A stretch of DNA of 63,967 bases, filler included, from Reclinomonas americana ATCC 50394 (taxonomy: Eukaryota): assembly GCA_048213135.1 (NCBI GenBank). It is 6 parts of 5 records of this genome, joined end to end, with 100 filler letters (N's around TTAATTAATTAA, not from the genome) between each part and the next. Parts side by side here need not be neighbours in the genome. Positions count along the whole stretch, not along the records: positions 1 to 20,254 come from PS015435.1; positions 20,355 to 39,804 come from PS015436.1; 4 more parts are not named here. One strand, written 5' to 3'. Both the position numbers and the translations under genes were made by a program. Numbering within the stretch: the first letter of the stretch is position 1; each line of letters begins with the position of its first letter. Below are positions 13,441 through 27,200 of this stretch, one piece after another. The notes beneath the pieces were generated by a model. It did not search any database, had not been told where the DNA came from, and worked only from the letters and a program-made list of their open reading frames with translations.

Positions 13441-13761
13441 TCATTTCTTGTTCTTGATCTTGGTTTCTGTAAAGAGAACGTGTTGCTTGACTACGGGATC
13501 GTACTTGAGCAGCGCCAGCTTCTTCTGGCCTGTCAACGACCGCGGGTTCTTGGTCGTTGTGTAGAAGAAGCCCGTGTTGGCTGCACTCTGTGCGTGTGGG
13601 TGCGAGCGCGTGTGAGTGAGTGAGATCGACATGTCGCGGTTACATCACTTCCCGGCGCTCGCTCCTTCTCTCGCTCTCATTCGTGTGCGACACAAGTGTG
13701 TGTGCACATGCAACGCAACAATCAGCCGCACAAACAGCGTCTTCGCCTTGCTACGCGCCAT
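13441..13761 (-). CDS. MRPL33: Mitochondrial ribosomal protein bL33, 2 exons
   Basis: [54 protein letters not shown]; intron 13588-13719 (GTTGCG..CAG). Confidence 0.92.
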
Positions 13762-13819
13762 TAGTGATTGAGTGGACAGAGGACAGACGCGCGCGAGCAC
13801 AACCGCACGACACGCGCCA

Positions 13820-15987
13820 ATGTTGCGGAGACTTTGTTGTCTCGCAGTGCTCCTCTGCTGCGGTGAGCCACACTCTCTCACACACACTCTTTCTCACAAG
13901 ACAGTCACTGTTTCCTCACTCTTTGTGTCACAGTGATTGTGGGAGCACGCGGTGGTGGACTGTCACTTGCCGCTGACATGGGTGGCATTCCCTCACAACA
14001 GCAACCTCAGGCAGAGATACATCACGAAATCGTGTGCCACGCACAGGTAAGAGAAGCAAGGGAGAAATCATNNNNNNNNNNNNNNNNNNNNNNNNNNNNN
14101 NNNNNNNNNNNNNNNNNNNNNNNNNNNNNNNNNNNNNNNNNNNNNNNNNNNNNNNNNNNNNNNNNNNNNNNNNNNCTGCAGCGCGACTGCAGCTCGTGCA
14201 GATGTGCGTCGTGTGGTCTGCGACGACGAGGAGTGAGGAGGGGAGAAGAGCACGGAGAGAGAATCTTCCTGGGTACGCAACACATCACAGCGGTAGTCGA
14301 CAGACATGCAGTTCAGCACGTCAGACGACGGCGAGGTCGACAACTCGGATCGATGCGGCAACTCAAACATGCCAGTCTCCAGCTGCACGCCGCATTTCAT
14401 GAGCGGAGACGCAGAAAAACGACGAAGCACATAGGATTCTCTCACCTCGTTGCAGTACTGCAGGCCATCGCAGGCGGTGCGCACCACGCTAGTGGCGTCC
14501 ACCGACACCGCGCCAAGCATCAGCTCCGTGTACCGATGGCGCGCACTGAGCACGTGCACCACCAGTCCCGTGCCGCACGTGAGCAGCACCGGCTCCACTC
14601 CATGCAGCTTCCCATCTGCGTCCAAGCGCACATGTAAACATCGACCGCTGGCCGGAACAAAGGATGAAAAAAGACACACCATGGCACGTATCCACCGTGA
14701 ATCCCACTTGCGACATCTCATTGTCGGCGCTCGGACGCATCATGGGCATGGGCGGAGTCGACGGCATGGAGATCTCCACGCACTCATACTCCACCTCCAA
14801 GTACTTGACCGGTGACAAGCACGGCAACAACAGCTGCGGATCATCGTAGCTCGCAAAGCCCAAGAAGCGCGCATCGGTGACCAGCTGGCACGTGGCTTGC
14901 GACTCGCACAAGTCTCGCACGTTCTCCGTCACATCCCGCGTGCACCACCGCGACTCCGCATTCGCCACCGCTCGCACCGCCTTGTGTGGACACACATCTA
15001 TGCTGCTACGACCGTACGATGCCGCGTGAATCACCAGAAGCGCGTCGGGCGGGCACACAAGCATGGTTTGCTGTGCGTTTTTTTGGCGCGCACTTTGATC
15101 AGAAGATGCCCCTACCAACTATGNNNNNNNNNNNNNNNNNNNNNNNNNNNNNNNNNNNNNNNNNNNNNNNNNNNNNNNNNNNNNNNNNNNNNNNNNNNNN
15201 NNNNNNNNNNNNNNNNNNNNNNNNNNNNNNNNNNNNNNNNNNNNNNNNNNNNNNNNNNNNNNNNNNNNNNNNNNNNNNNNNNNNNNNNNNNNNNNNNNNN
15301 NTGACTTTGGCACGCAGTCGCAGGCGGCCGACGGACATTGCATCTGCAAGGAGGACTACTATGGACCGTTCTGCGATGTGGCGTGCACGGCCGAGGATAC
15401 ATGCACGGGGGTGAGTCGCGCGATATTTTTTGTTTTTCCTCTCGCCTCGTCGTGGAACTGTGGCTGAGCAGTCGACGTGGTGTGTGTGTGTGTGTGTGTG
15501 ACGCATCGCGCAGCATGGCACCTGCGACAAGGTCTCAGGCCACTGTGTGTGCGAGCCGACCTACGACGGCGAGAACTGCGCGTCGCGCATCTGGAGTGTG
15601 AGTGTCACCGAGGGCGACACGTTTGCCATCCACTGCCCGCAGGTGGTGCGTTCCATGGGACTGAAGGTCGAGTCGGCCACGTACAGCACGCTCAACGGAG
15701 AGTGCTCGATGGACACACACGGCATGATGAGCTCGCGATGGTGCGTTTTCGCTCTCCGCTGTTTTTCCAGTGTGCGAGGTGCTCATTATCGCGCGCGCTT
15801 GTGTAGCGACGGCAAGTCCGAGTGCGAACTGGTGGTCGACGAGGGGTCCTTGCCGAATCCTTGCGAGCACAGCGATAAGGCAGTCAGTGCGGCAGACGCA
15901 CAGGCCCCCAAACTGCTGCACGTCCGCTACCGATGCACGATTGTGGTGAAGGGAAAGAAAAAGAAGGACCGCGCTGCGAGGCGGTAA
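13820..15987 (+). CDS. Secreted SUEL/galactose-rhamnose-lectin + EGF-like domain protein; middle contig 14176-15123 reads on the minus strand
   Basis: Signal peptide MLRRLCCLAVLLCC|VIVGA at 13820; EGF repeats (CICKEDYYGPFC, CVCEPTYDGENC) and SUEL domain (ATYS..CDGKSEC..PNPC..KLLHVRYRC) on +; two further SUEL-like domains (ASYGR..CP..PC..KYLEVEYEC) on - between gaps. Confidence 0.65.
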
Positions 15988-16058
15988 CGATTCGGGGAGA
16001 GGGGAGAAAAAACATATGCCACAAAATTGTAATGAAGTAAGGGGTGCACGTCGTTGCT

Positions 16059-18934
16059 CTAAAGTATGAACGTCTCCTTGTGGAAGTCGACGCGACAGTG
16101 GCTGGAAGAGTGTGTCCAACACCGTCTCTGCACATCGGTCACCAGCGACGGTGGTCCACACGCCATCACTCCGACACCTGCAATGCGGGAATTCAGTGAC
16201 TGGTCACCGCCAGAAAGAGAAGGGGAAAGTAGAGGCGCAACGCTTGCTGTGGCAGTTGATTGCAGTGTCTGTGATCGTGTCACATGTGAGCACGCAAGTC
16301 TCCCCCACAATGAAATCACTTGCAGAAGGTCGCTCACCGATGACTTCCAGGAAAATCGCGCGCAGATCGGGCCTGCCATCGTGCACCTCGCATGGGCAGT
16401 CGTTCCTCGCCGCGGCCACAATGTCAGCTGCGCCAACGGTGAGCAATCACTCGGAGGGCACGGGTACGGGAGTGGAGGAACGCAACGATCGCCAAACACG
16501 GACGTGAGATAAATGTCGACGGTGAACGTCAGATTGCGTCGCCGAGCCTCCTCTAGTGTACTGCGGAACCAATCGAGGCACTGGGGAGCAGCAGCACCAG
16601 TCAAAACATGGTGGCGTCGCGCGTGCACACGAGTGTCGAGTACGCACATTGTAGTCGCGTGCGACCCAGATCAAGCGAACACGGTGGGCCGTCGCAAACT
16701 CTTGCTGCGTGCCACCATACGACTTGGCCCAGTTGATCTGTGCTCCAGCCCACAAATGAGAACGTGAAAACATGTCGGCAGTCAACAAGTATGCGCGCTC
16801 AAAAACCATGAATGAGAACGCCGACATGATGTGAGTAATGCCGATGCCACCGGCGACGAGCAGCAGATCCGAGTACTCCGACACGGGGATCTGCGGCCGA
16901 CCGTACGGACCATCGACCAGGATGCGGACGTTCTGCGCGCAGTTTCACTTGTCAGTGGATGCATACGAGGAGTGAAAAAAGTGCACACAGCGGAACCTGT
17001 GGGACGCGTCGTGTTGGGCTGATGAGACCCTCGGTTGCCTCGGTGGTGTCTTCTTCTGGGAGGCCACCACCCTCTCGCTGTGCGCACACACACACTCTTC
17101 TACATGAGAGACGGCGTTGAAGGCTGAAGAAAGCAACCCTCTCCCCCCACACACCGCTGCCAGTCGCGCCAACTTGTGCGTCCACGTTCGATCGCCCATG
17201 TTGCGCACGAGGAACTTGAGCACGGTGACAGAGCCGTCGCGCAGCGGGCCATTGGCGTTGCTGAATGGGTGGATTTGAACCCTACACGGCGGATCGGTGA
17301 GCCAAAGCTGCTGCGGTACACGTGCGTGGACACACACACGCGGACGACATACCACGACAGCTCGGGCACACTCAAAAAGTAAAACTGTCCCGGGCGCAGG
17401 CCGCGGAACGGAGTGCCGTCGCGTTTCCACACTTCCAGTTGCGTCACATCGCCACCCAGGAGGCGCAATTGCACAGCGAAGCGGCGCGAGCGCACCATGT
17501 TGACGATACGCCAGGCCATATCAATCAACAGAAGAATGGCACCCTGCAACCGGGCACGGGGTCACACAACACGCACGCAAGCACGCACACATCGGGTGCG
17601 AGGGGAAAATGCGGACGCTCACCGGCAGCAGGAACAGCAGCACGCCTTTTACGTGCAACGCCGCAAACACCTGCAAAGTGTCGAAGTCAGTGATTGTTGG
17701 AGGCGACTCGATGTGTCCTCCCCAGAAATATTACCGCCAGCACAATCGCCAGGAACGGATGCGGCAGTTGGAAGACTTCCCACAGACGCCGTCTGAAGAA
17801 CGGCAGCGCCAACAGCGCCATGAGGACGGCCACGACCCACGCACAGAAGCCAGCCATGGGTGGGTGATGTCCCTCTGCACGCATCTTATCAGCAAAGCGA
17901 TCGACACGGCCAGCGACACAAAGACAAACAAACCCCACTCGAAAAGCAGGCCAACGCCCTGCGATGGCGCCAATCACGTCAGCACAGGTGGTAAGACAAC
18001 ATAAGAAAACACTGCACGCAGAGGCAACGCACATCGACTGCCGCATAACCGAGACCGTGCAGACCGGCCACAATGATGAACGAACGAGCGATCCTGCACA
18101 CCCCGCAGACGCGCATCAGCAACGGCAATACATGCTACACACAAGAAAAAGCAATCGTACCATCGATGAAACTTGATGGCGCGCTCAAACGAGATGCCAA
18201 ACAGCGGCAGCAGCAGCGAGTTGCGAGTCACGGGAATCAGCAGGAATCCACTGCACGAGAGAGAGAGAGAGAGAGAGACCTTCTTCAACGCTCGCAGCAC
18301 CACAAGAGAAAGAGAGAGAGAGAGAGGAACGGAGCGCAACAGCTGATACTCATTGACTTTGCCGAGGCCAAAGAACGCCGCCTCTGCAGTGAACACATCC
18401 GACTCCTGCGACGCATAAAAGAGTCACCATCTCTTGTCGCTCGCCAAGAAAACGAGAAGAACAATCAACGCACTCCGCTCATCTCGTGCTTCCACATCAA
18501 CACCATGCTGACGACGTACAGCAGCAGCATGATCAGCTCGCCCACAGACAAGTCAAACAAAAACTGCACGCCTGTCAACCGAAGCCACGACTTTTGCTCG
18601 GGAATCCGCCCGACTTTCTGCACTCCACCTATCGCATAAGAAATACACAGAGAGAGACCACGCACATAGAGAGAGACTGACCCTGTGCAGTGTCAACGAG
18701 GCAAACCAATTCCACGGTCGCAAGAACTGCACTGCAATGCCTGCAGAGATCACTGAAAGCGCAGACACTGCGAGAAAGATCGCGGCAAGAGGCCCATCGC
18801 CTTTGCCTCCACCTTCATCATCATCATCTTCTTCGCCATCCTGTGTGAGTGAGAGTGAGAGTGAGTTGCGCGCGAATCTCTGTTGTGAGAGAAAGAGAGA
18901 GACGCACATGCGCGTGCACAGTAACACAGAGGAT

Positions 18935-18966
<32 letters not shown>

Positions 18967-18985
18967 CACAGGCAACACGCCGCAT
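16059..18985 (-). CDS. Ferric reductase / NADPH-oxidase-like transmembrane oxidoreductase (FRO/FRE family), ~14 exons
   Basis: Leu-rich signal (CTG repeat), PVTRNS, FERAIKFHRW, heme His pairs, PGQF, HPFS, DGPYG, VAGGIGIT, LIWVAR, GRPDL, VGVMACGP, HKETF. Confidence 0.92.
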
Positions 18986-19086
18986 GAGCGCGCGCTCGAT
19001 CAAAGTGCACAACAACACAAACTGTGACAAATGCGACACAGTGAGTCAGTCACCACTGTCACCCACTGACTCTCTCTCACACACAC

Positions 19087-20254
19087 ATGGGCAACGCATG
19101 CTCATGCGGCTCACGCGGACCCTCCGGTGGCGCCTTATACACAGCGCACACTGCCATGATGTCCGCGCCTGTGCTCACCAGCACAGCTGCGGATGCGGAG
19201 GACATTGAAGATGAAGATGATGAGGAGAATGACACAGAGACTGCGGATGAATCGTCACGCTCAGTGGCAGTGGACAGCTCGGCAACGCGAGCAGCTTCGA
19301 CGAGGCGGCGGCAGCGACGGACGTTGCATCGTCATGTGGCGGTTGAGTCTTTCCTCAAGTGTGTGTGNNNNNNNNNNNNNNNNNNNNNNNNNNNNNNNNN
19401 NNNNNNNNNNNNNNNNNNNNNNNNNNNNNNNNNNNNNNNNNNNNNNNNNNNNNNNNNNNNNNNNNNNNNNNNNNNNNNNNNNNNNNNNNNNNNNNNNNNN
19501 NNNNNNNNNNNNNNNNNNNNNNNNNNNNNNNNNNNNNNNNNNNNNNNNNNNNNNNNNNNNNNNNNNNNNNNNNNNNNNNNNNNNNNNNNNNNNNNNNNNN
19601 NNNNNNNNNNNNNNNNNNNNNNNNNNNNNNNNNNNNNNNNNNNNNNNNNNNNNNNNNNNNNNNNNNNNNNNNNNNNNNNNNNNNNNNNNNNNNNNNNNNN
19701 NNNNNNNNNNNNNNNNNNNNNNNNNNNNNNNNNNNNNNNNNNNNNNNNNNNNNNNNNNNNNNNNNNNNNNNNNNNNNNNNNNNNNNNNNNNNNNNNNNNN
19801 NNNNNNNNNNNNNNNNNNNNNNNNNNNNNNNNNNNNNNNNNNNNNNNNNNNNNNNNNNNNNNNNNNNNNNNNNNNNNNNTGTGTCCGTCTTCTCGCGCGC
19901 TCACTGTGTGTGGCAGCTGGAGTCTGGCTGTGTGCTGCAAGTGGAGTGCGCGAGTGTGACACAGGTGCCGGTTAGCGCAGTGGTGGTGGTGGATCTGGAG
20001 GGAGTGCTGCTGCCGCAGGGGAGCATTGAGGGCGGAGGTGGGCCGGGATCGGCGGCGGTGGCGCAGGCCATGGAGAGGCGAGCGGTGCAGGCGGTGTTGA
20101 TTGAGTATAAGGCGCAGCTGGCGGCGGCCAAGTCGACGGCGTGGGGCTTGGTTGAGATGCAGGCGCTGGTCACGGATTGTCATGGTCAATTGACGGTGCC
20201 GGATGGTACTCTGCGGCATCCGGTGACCGCCCTCATTCATGCTCGTTGCGTGGC
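19087..20254 (+). CDS. Hypothetical protein with N-myristoylation/palmitoylation-like start, partial
   Basis: MGNACSCG start, acidic stretch, downstream exon after gap; divergent from the ferric reductase. Confidence 0.45.
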
Positions 20255-20354
20255 NNNNNNNNNNNNNNNNNNNNNNNNNNNNNNNNNNNNNNNNNNNNTT
20301 AATTAATTAANNNNNNNNNNNNNNNNNNNNNNNNNNNNNNNNNNNNNNNNNNNN
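20255..20354. other. Artificial scaffold linker N44-TTAATTAATTAA-N44
   Basis: Six-frame stop 12-mer at 20299-20310 flanked by N runs; the same 12-mer sits in N runs at 39849, 48381, 50588 and 62001. Confidence 0.97.
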
Positions 20355-20960
20355 GCCCACGGCTAGCGCTCATGATGGAGGACAACATGATACTAACACC
20401 GCAACAACAACAACAGCAACAACAGCAACAGCCGACGACACCAAGGTCGCCGCGAGTGGTCATGGAGACATCGCCACCGACGGACAAGTTCCTCATGCAA
20501 CGTGCCATCATGTTTGACGATTCGGTGGGCAGCAGCGGCGTTTCGGCGGATCACATGCAGCAGCACCATCACCACATGATGTACAGCCCGCAGTCGGCGA
20601 CGATGCCGCAGCAGCCCATGTCGCCACCGCCTGTGCTGCACTCGCCGGCGGCCGGCATGATGTCGACGCCGGAGACGCCACGCACTCCGCGCAGTGGTCT
20701 GGTGTCGACTCCGCGCGGCACCATGTCGGTGGAGCATCATCATCACTTGATGATGTCGCCGCAGCAGCAACAGCAGCANNNNNNNNNNNNNNNNNNNNNN
20801 NNNNNNNNNNNNNNNNNNNNNNNNNNNNNNNNNNNNNNNNNNNNNNNNNNNNNNTTCCCAGTGGCGCCTGCTGCTGCTGCTGTTGTTGTTGGCGGCCAGC
20901 GTTGAGATCGCTGACGCTGCGCGAGCGGTGCGACATTATAAACTCGTTTCCACTCATCGA
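20355..20960. CDS. Fragments of a Q/P/S/M-rich low-complexity protein (start on - at ~20960, further exon on + at 20355-20778)
   Basis: MSGNEFIMSHRSRSVSDLNAGRQQQ on -; TP/SP-rich polyQ frame on + across an N gap. Confidence 0.4.
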
Positions 20961-21268
20961 AGCCGATCCTCCTCCTCCTGTTGCGCGTGCGCGCACGTGT
21001 TGTTGCGCCGACGACTGCGTTTTTTTCTCTCACTCACTCACTCACTCGCGTGTGTGCGTGTGCGCGTGTGTGCCTTCCAGGGGAAAATGACACACACTTG
21101 AGACAAAAATGAGGTGGCGCAAGTTAAACAGAGGTACAGTACAAAAAAGCACGCGTGCTTTGTCTCTGCTCTCCTCTCGTCGCTCACTTGAAAAAAACCA
21201 CGCTCCGGACACACGCCCAAAATTTCGCAAACGTCCGAAATCGCGCCAGTTTTGTTTACTTTGCTTCG

Positions 21269-24200
21269 TCAGTCGTCGCCAAACGAGTCGTACTCCAGCA
21301 CCAGCTCGTCCTGGTGCCCGCCACCGCCTCCTCCGCTTGCCGCACTCACCGACTTTCTCCACTCTTGCATGGCCAGCTGGGCGGACGCAGTTGTTCGTAA
21401 GTCACGCATGCATGCAGAAAAATATGCCTTCTTTTTTTTTCTTCGAACGACGAACCAGTTCGGCAGCGGCCGCAGGGTTCGACACCGGATCCTGATTGTC
21501 GGGGTCGTCGGTGCTGTCGAGCACCACCAGAGTGTCCGAGTCGGTGAGGAAGTAGGGACCGGCGCGCACGTTGGCCACTGGGAAGATCGTGAGATGTACA
21601 GTCTTCCTGCCTCTTGATATGTGACACTCTCACCTCGGCTCTTCTCGCTGTCCACCAAATGCGCAAACACGCGGGCGTTGCCGACCCACTTGGCCAGCAC
21701 GAGATTTTCCGGAACAATGCTGGGGAATGTCTGCACGGGGGGAGTAGTGAGACAACTGCAACACAGCAACAGCTAAAGGTGGCCGCCGCCGCCACCGCAC
21801 CTCCTCCACGATCTTGCGCAGGGTCGCCAGGGTAATCTTTTTGCCACCTTCGACCGTGATCTCCACCGGCGCCTCAAAGATGGCACGAGATGGTACACGC
21901 CGGCGCACGTTAATGACGAGCGAGGTCGCGCCGAGGCGCTGCGGTGTGTCCATGACTTGGATCGCCACAAGCTTGTCGTTCACAAAGTGCTGCCGTCGCA
22001 GTGGGGCACTGTCGTCGCGGAGAATACGGCCGAGAGTGTGCGTATCCAGCACGTCAATCACACGCAGGTACTCGACGCCAGGCTGCGCACCACGTTGTCA
22101 GCGAGAGCGACAATGGAGGGAAAATTGCATCATGATGAACGCACCGCGTCCTGAAGCTCCGCCACCTCCTCCAACGCCTTGCGCTTCAGATCGAGGAGCG
22201 TCGACGAGTTGGACAGCTCCACGCGGATCTGCTTGCTCAGCGGCAGGAACTGCACAAGCAGTCAGAAAACAACAACAATAACACGGAGAGATATGCAAAG
22301 TACGGCCACGCAACTCCATGCATCAGCTCATCGGTCTCGGCTGGCGGCTCCACCAACAAGCGCGCCACACGGACCTCCAGCAGGCCTCCCTCTGGGATCT
22401 GTGTTGCGGCGGTGGCGAGTGAGCCAGAGGAGAAACATGACAGGAACTCTCCATATTTCCGCACCTTGCCACGCTCAAAGAACAACGAGTCGCCCTCGCG
22501 CACGTTTTCGCTGTCAAGCGTGTGCGACTCGTCGGCAATCACCTCGTCGGGCGAGCCCCACATGTCCACTCGGCGCACGCGGTACTCGGGCGGTGCAATG
22601 CCCACTTGCTCTGCAATCTGCTCCTTGCTGTGACATACACAAAATGAGCGAGTTAGCAAAAAGCGACGGCGACTGGCATTCAAAGAGCGCGCGTGCGCAA
22701 CATGAGCCGCAGTGGAGCAAACTTGCTCACAAACGCCGTGAACATGCGACCAGTCGACTTGCCATTGCTGCATTCCTCAAACTGGATGCGACGCAGTGAA
22801 TACATTGTGACGAGACGGATTCGAAAACAGGAGACGCAACATTGATCTCGATGATGCCCAGTGACGGGGCAGGACCATCCTCCAACGCCAGTCTCTGGTC
22901 GTTCGTGACGCCAACGTACTGCAGTGTCACTGTCTCGCTGCCAAAGGGCGCTCCGAGCGAGTCGTCCTCCAGCACACTGACAATCGAAAACAGTGAGACT
23001 CCACACACTTTTCGGGAGACAACAAGCAGACATATACACGTGGTCCTCACCGTCGCAAGCGCACTTTGTCGAGGTTGATGTGCGGATTGACCCAACACAC
23101 CAGCAACTCCTTCAGCTCGCCGACCGTGGTTGTGCGCGGAACACGGGCATGCAAACGTCCGTCAACAAAGCAGACACGAATGCTGCACGGGCGTCTTATT
23201 AGCAAACGAGAGAACACATGACACCCATCCGCGTGACGCACGATCCATCCTCCTGCTCGAGGTACTGGCGGGCCTCCATCTGGTTCTCTCGCAACCGCCT
23301 GATGGCCGACGCCAGCATCGGCGAGTCTGCCGTCCGACGAGACAAACACACATCATCAGCATCAGCGTAATGCACAGCATTTTACAATGGCGGGTGCGAC
23401 CGACGCAACAATTCTCAATCGTGCTGATGACCACACCAGTTGTCTCGGGGGCTGCAAAACGAGCGTGAGTCACACGTGGCGACACTCACCNNNNNNNNNN
23501 NNNNNNNNNNNNNNNNNNNNNNNNNNNNNNNNNNNNNNNNNNNNNNNNNNNNNNNNNNNNNNNNNNNNNNNNNNNNNNNNNNNNNNNNNNNNNNNNNNNN
23601 NNNNNNNNNNNNNNNNNNNNNNNNNNNNNNNNNNNNNNNNNNNNNNNNNNNNNNNNNNNNNNNNNNNNNNNNNNNNNNNNNNNNNNNNNNNNNNNNNNNN
23701 NNNNNNNNNNNNNNNNNNNNNNNNNNNNNNNNNNNNNNNNNNNNNNNNNNNNNNNNNNNNNNNNNNNNNNNNNNNNNNNNNNNNNNNNNNNNNNNNNNNN
23801 NNNNNNNNNNNNNNNNNNNNNNNNNNNNNNNNNNNNNNNNNNNNNNNNNNNNNNNNNNNNNNNNNNNNNNNNNNNNNNNNNNNNNNNNNNNNNNNNNNNN
23901 NNNNNNNNNNNNNNNNNNNNNNNNNNNNNNNNNNNNNNNNNNNNNNNNNNNNNNNNNNNNNNNNNNNNNNNNNNNNNNNNNNNNNNNNNNNNNNNNNNNN
24001 NNNNNNNNNNNNNNNNNNNNNNNNNNNNNNNNNNNNNNNNNNNNNNNNNNNNNNNNNNNNNNNNNNNNNNNNNNNNNNNNNNNNNNNNNNNNNNNNNNNN
24101 NNNNNNNNNNNNNNNNNNNNNNNNNNNNNNNNNNNNNNNNNNNNNNNNNNNNNNNNNNNNNNNNNNNNNNNNNNNNNNNNNNNNNNNNNNNNNNNNNNNN

Positions 24201-27200
24201 NNNNNNNNNNNNNNNNNNNNNNNNNNNNNNNNNNNNNNNNNNNNNNNNNNNNNNNNNNNNNNNNNNNNNNNNNNNNNNNNNNNNNNNNNNNNNNNNNNNN
24301 NNNNNNNNNNNNNNNNNNNNNNNNNNNNNNNNNNNNNNNNNNNNNNNNNNNNNNNNNNNNNNNNNNNNNNNNNNNNNNNNCGTCGTCGTGCTCCAGATCA
24401 AGGTGTACACGTCGAACGAGAGTGGTGAACCAACAATCAGCGATGCACACGTCAGCGTGTCGGCCAGTGAGACGCTGGTCGAGCTGTACAGTGCAGTGGA
24501 GGCGGCCACTGGCATTCCACTCGAATTGCTCTATGTGTGCAAGGTGCGACGCGCTCGCTTTTTTCATTGTTTCGCTCCGTTGTACGCCGATGCTGACACG
24601 ACCGAGTCGGTAGCTCGAACCCACACGCCTGGTGCAACTGTCGCGCGACGCCACGGTGGATGCCACGCTGCCGTTGTATGCGTCGGGTCTCGCATCTGGA
24701 GTGCTGACGGCCGAGGCGCTGCCGCAGGATGTGTCTCACTCGGTGCGTGACGCTAGCCACAACTGCGTGCAGTCGATCGTCAACTGAGTCACAATAATGG
24801 TGTGCAGGATTCAGTGGCGCTGGCTGTTTTCAATGAGCGCAACGAGCAGATCAATGTGATTGTCACCAACCTGGTGTCGCAGGAGCTGCTGAGAACGAGT
24901 TGCGCATGTGCAATACAAANNNNNNNNNNNNNNNNNNNNNNNNNNNNNNNNNNNNNNNNNNNNNNNNNNNNNNNNNNNNNNNNNNNNNNNNNNNNNNNNN
25001 NNNNNNNNNNNNNNNNNNNNNNNNNNNNNNNNNNNNNNNNNNNNNNNNNNNNNNNNNNNNNNNNNNNNNNNNNNNNNNNNNNNNNNNNNNNNNNNNNNNN
25101 NNNNNNNNNNNNNNNNNNNNNNNNNNNNNNNNNNNNNNNNNNNNNNNNNNNNNNNNNNNNNNNNNNNNNNNNNNNNNNNNNNNNNNNNNNNNNNNNNNNN
25201 NNNNNNNNNNNNNNNNNNNNNNNNNNNNNNNNNNNNNNNNNNNNNNNNNNNNNNNNNNNNNNNNNNNNNNNNNNNNNNNNNNNNNNNNNNNNNNNNNNNN
25301 NNNNNNNNNNNNNNNNNNNNNNNNNNNNNNNNNNNNNNNNNNNNNATGATTACTACGCTGATGACGGTGACAGGGATGTGTGTCACGTCGCATGGCACAA
25401 ACCAAAAAGTTAAGCTGCTGCTGTGCGATACTGGCGAGTGCCTCGGGGCGGCACATGAGAACAAAACTACCGCTGCAACAAAGAGAGGGAGCGGTGAGAT
25501 GAAATTGACTCCTGCGTGTGGTCACCGATTTGCAACTGGCGTCTCTCACCCGTGCAATCTTGAATCTTGAATCGCCTGATCCATCATCAGCGGTGCGCCG
25601 GCCAATGCGTACGAGTTGCCGTCGCGAGTCAGCGGATACACCAAGACATCGCCGGATTGCACGGACTCTACACGACCACAAAATCTCACGCGGTGAGTGC
25701 AACAGGAGTCACGGGAGAGAGGGGGTGGGGGCTACAAACCGTCGCTAAAGCGCTCTGACGCGGCCTGCACAAGCGACTGCACCGGGTTACGTCGGTCCAC
25801 TTGAATCACCTTCTTGCACGCGTCTGTGTATGCATGTAAGGTGAAAGCACAGGAGAGCAAAACAACGAGAGAGGCACGCAACTCTCAGTGTACATCTCCT
25901 CCCGCTGTGACCAGTACGCGGGGTCGGTGACGTCCACTGTGCTGTCGGCCATCTGCGCGCTTCCTGACCGATCGTGCAGCCGTCCATTGACAATATCCAA
26001 GCCTCCCGCCGTGAAAACGACCACGTCGAGTGCATTCATGCGTCGCACGCGCTCGTCGCGGACGGAATGCACACGGCGATTCTTCTCTTCCACGAGCGCC
26101 GCCAGGTGTGGAGGCGGCATGGGCGTGGGCATGATCTGCGAGCTCACTGATCGTGAGATGCAAAAGCGCGAGAAATGAAGGTGCAGGGCGCGCAACTGGC
26201 TCAGGGTCGCCGATGAACGGCGACGGTGCACCGATGGGACGCCGACGGTAGAATAGCATGTAGGCGCACTCGGAGGAGCCACCGAACTGATTGCAGATTT
26301 GCGTCACGTCAATCGGCGTCACCATGGAGTCATTAAAGTCGAACCAGCCCGGCTGCACAAGACCAACCACACGCGTCAACACAACAAAAGCACTACACGA
26401 CACAAATACAGGCAGACAGGTGCGCACCACATGGGCATCGGGTGCGGCCAAGTTCGTCACTCGATCGCGCAAACGCTGCTTCTCCTCCTCCGCCTTCTTC
26501 TGCGCCTTCTTGCCCGTCCCTGGCGCATTCTGCTTCTGTTGCTGCTGTTGCTGCTTCTTGCCACTCTTGCCGCCCTTGCCACCCTTGTCGCCCTTGTTTC
26601 CCTTGTTGCGCTTGCCACGCTTTCCCTTCTTGCCGCCCTCCTCGGCACCGTCCTCGGTCGCCTCACTTGCAGCGGCCTCGGCCGCTGCAGCAGCTTCGGC
26701 TTCTGCGGCCTCCGCAGCAGCGGCATCGGCGAGCTCGCTGACCAGAGCGTCGACCGTGTTGGCTGTCTCCGCAGCAATGGCCGCCGCCACTGCCGCCAAC
26801 GCCGCCTCTTCGCTGTCGTCCGCCACCACATTGGGGTCAGCCACCGTTCCCGCGGCACTCTCCTCTCCACTCTTCTCCTCCCCCGTTGTCTCCGTCGTCT
26901 CGCCCGCATCGTCATCGTCGCCGCTGCCGCTCTTCTTGTCCTTGTTCTTCTTGCGAGTCGGCGACACCCACTGGCCCTCGCGAAGCTGATCGCGGATATA
27001 GGCGTGGTAGTGACCACCCTGTGCATCACCCTTGTGAATGACCACCGAGTACAAGTCGTACACGTGCGGCTGCGGCTCCTCAGACTGCGCGCCCTGCGAC
27101 ATCAGCTGCCGCTCCGTGTACGGTGCCATGTCGATGGTCAGCGGGAACGCATAGTCGTGCGTCAACTTGACGTGTCGATTGCGAGTGTAGTCGTAGCGGA

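Noticed and set aside
17671..17735. Apparent GG-AG intron in the ferric reductase
   Set aside because: An upstream in-frame GCG|GTAATA donor gives a canonical intron and a better heme-His spacing.
18938..18966. (CAG)n tract and CA/GA/GT microsatellites
   Set aside because: The tract encodes the poly-Leu signal peptide on the minus strand; the dinucleotide runs are ordinary intron/UTR features and not a CRISPR-like array.
20299..20310. Recurrent palindrome TTAATTAATTAA (also 39849, 48381, 50588, 62001)
   Set aside because: Always centred in N runs and encodes stops in all six frames; an assembly linker, not biology.
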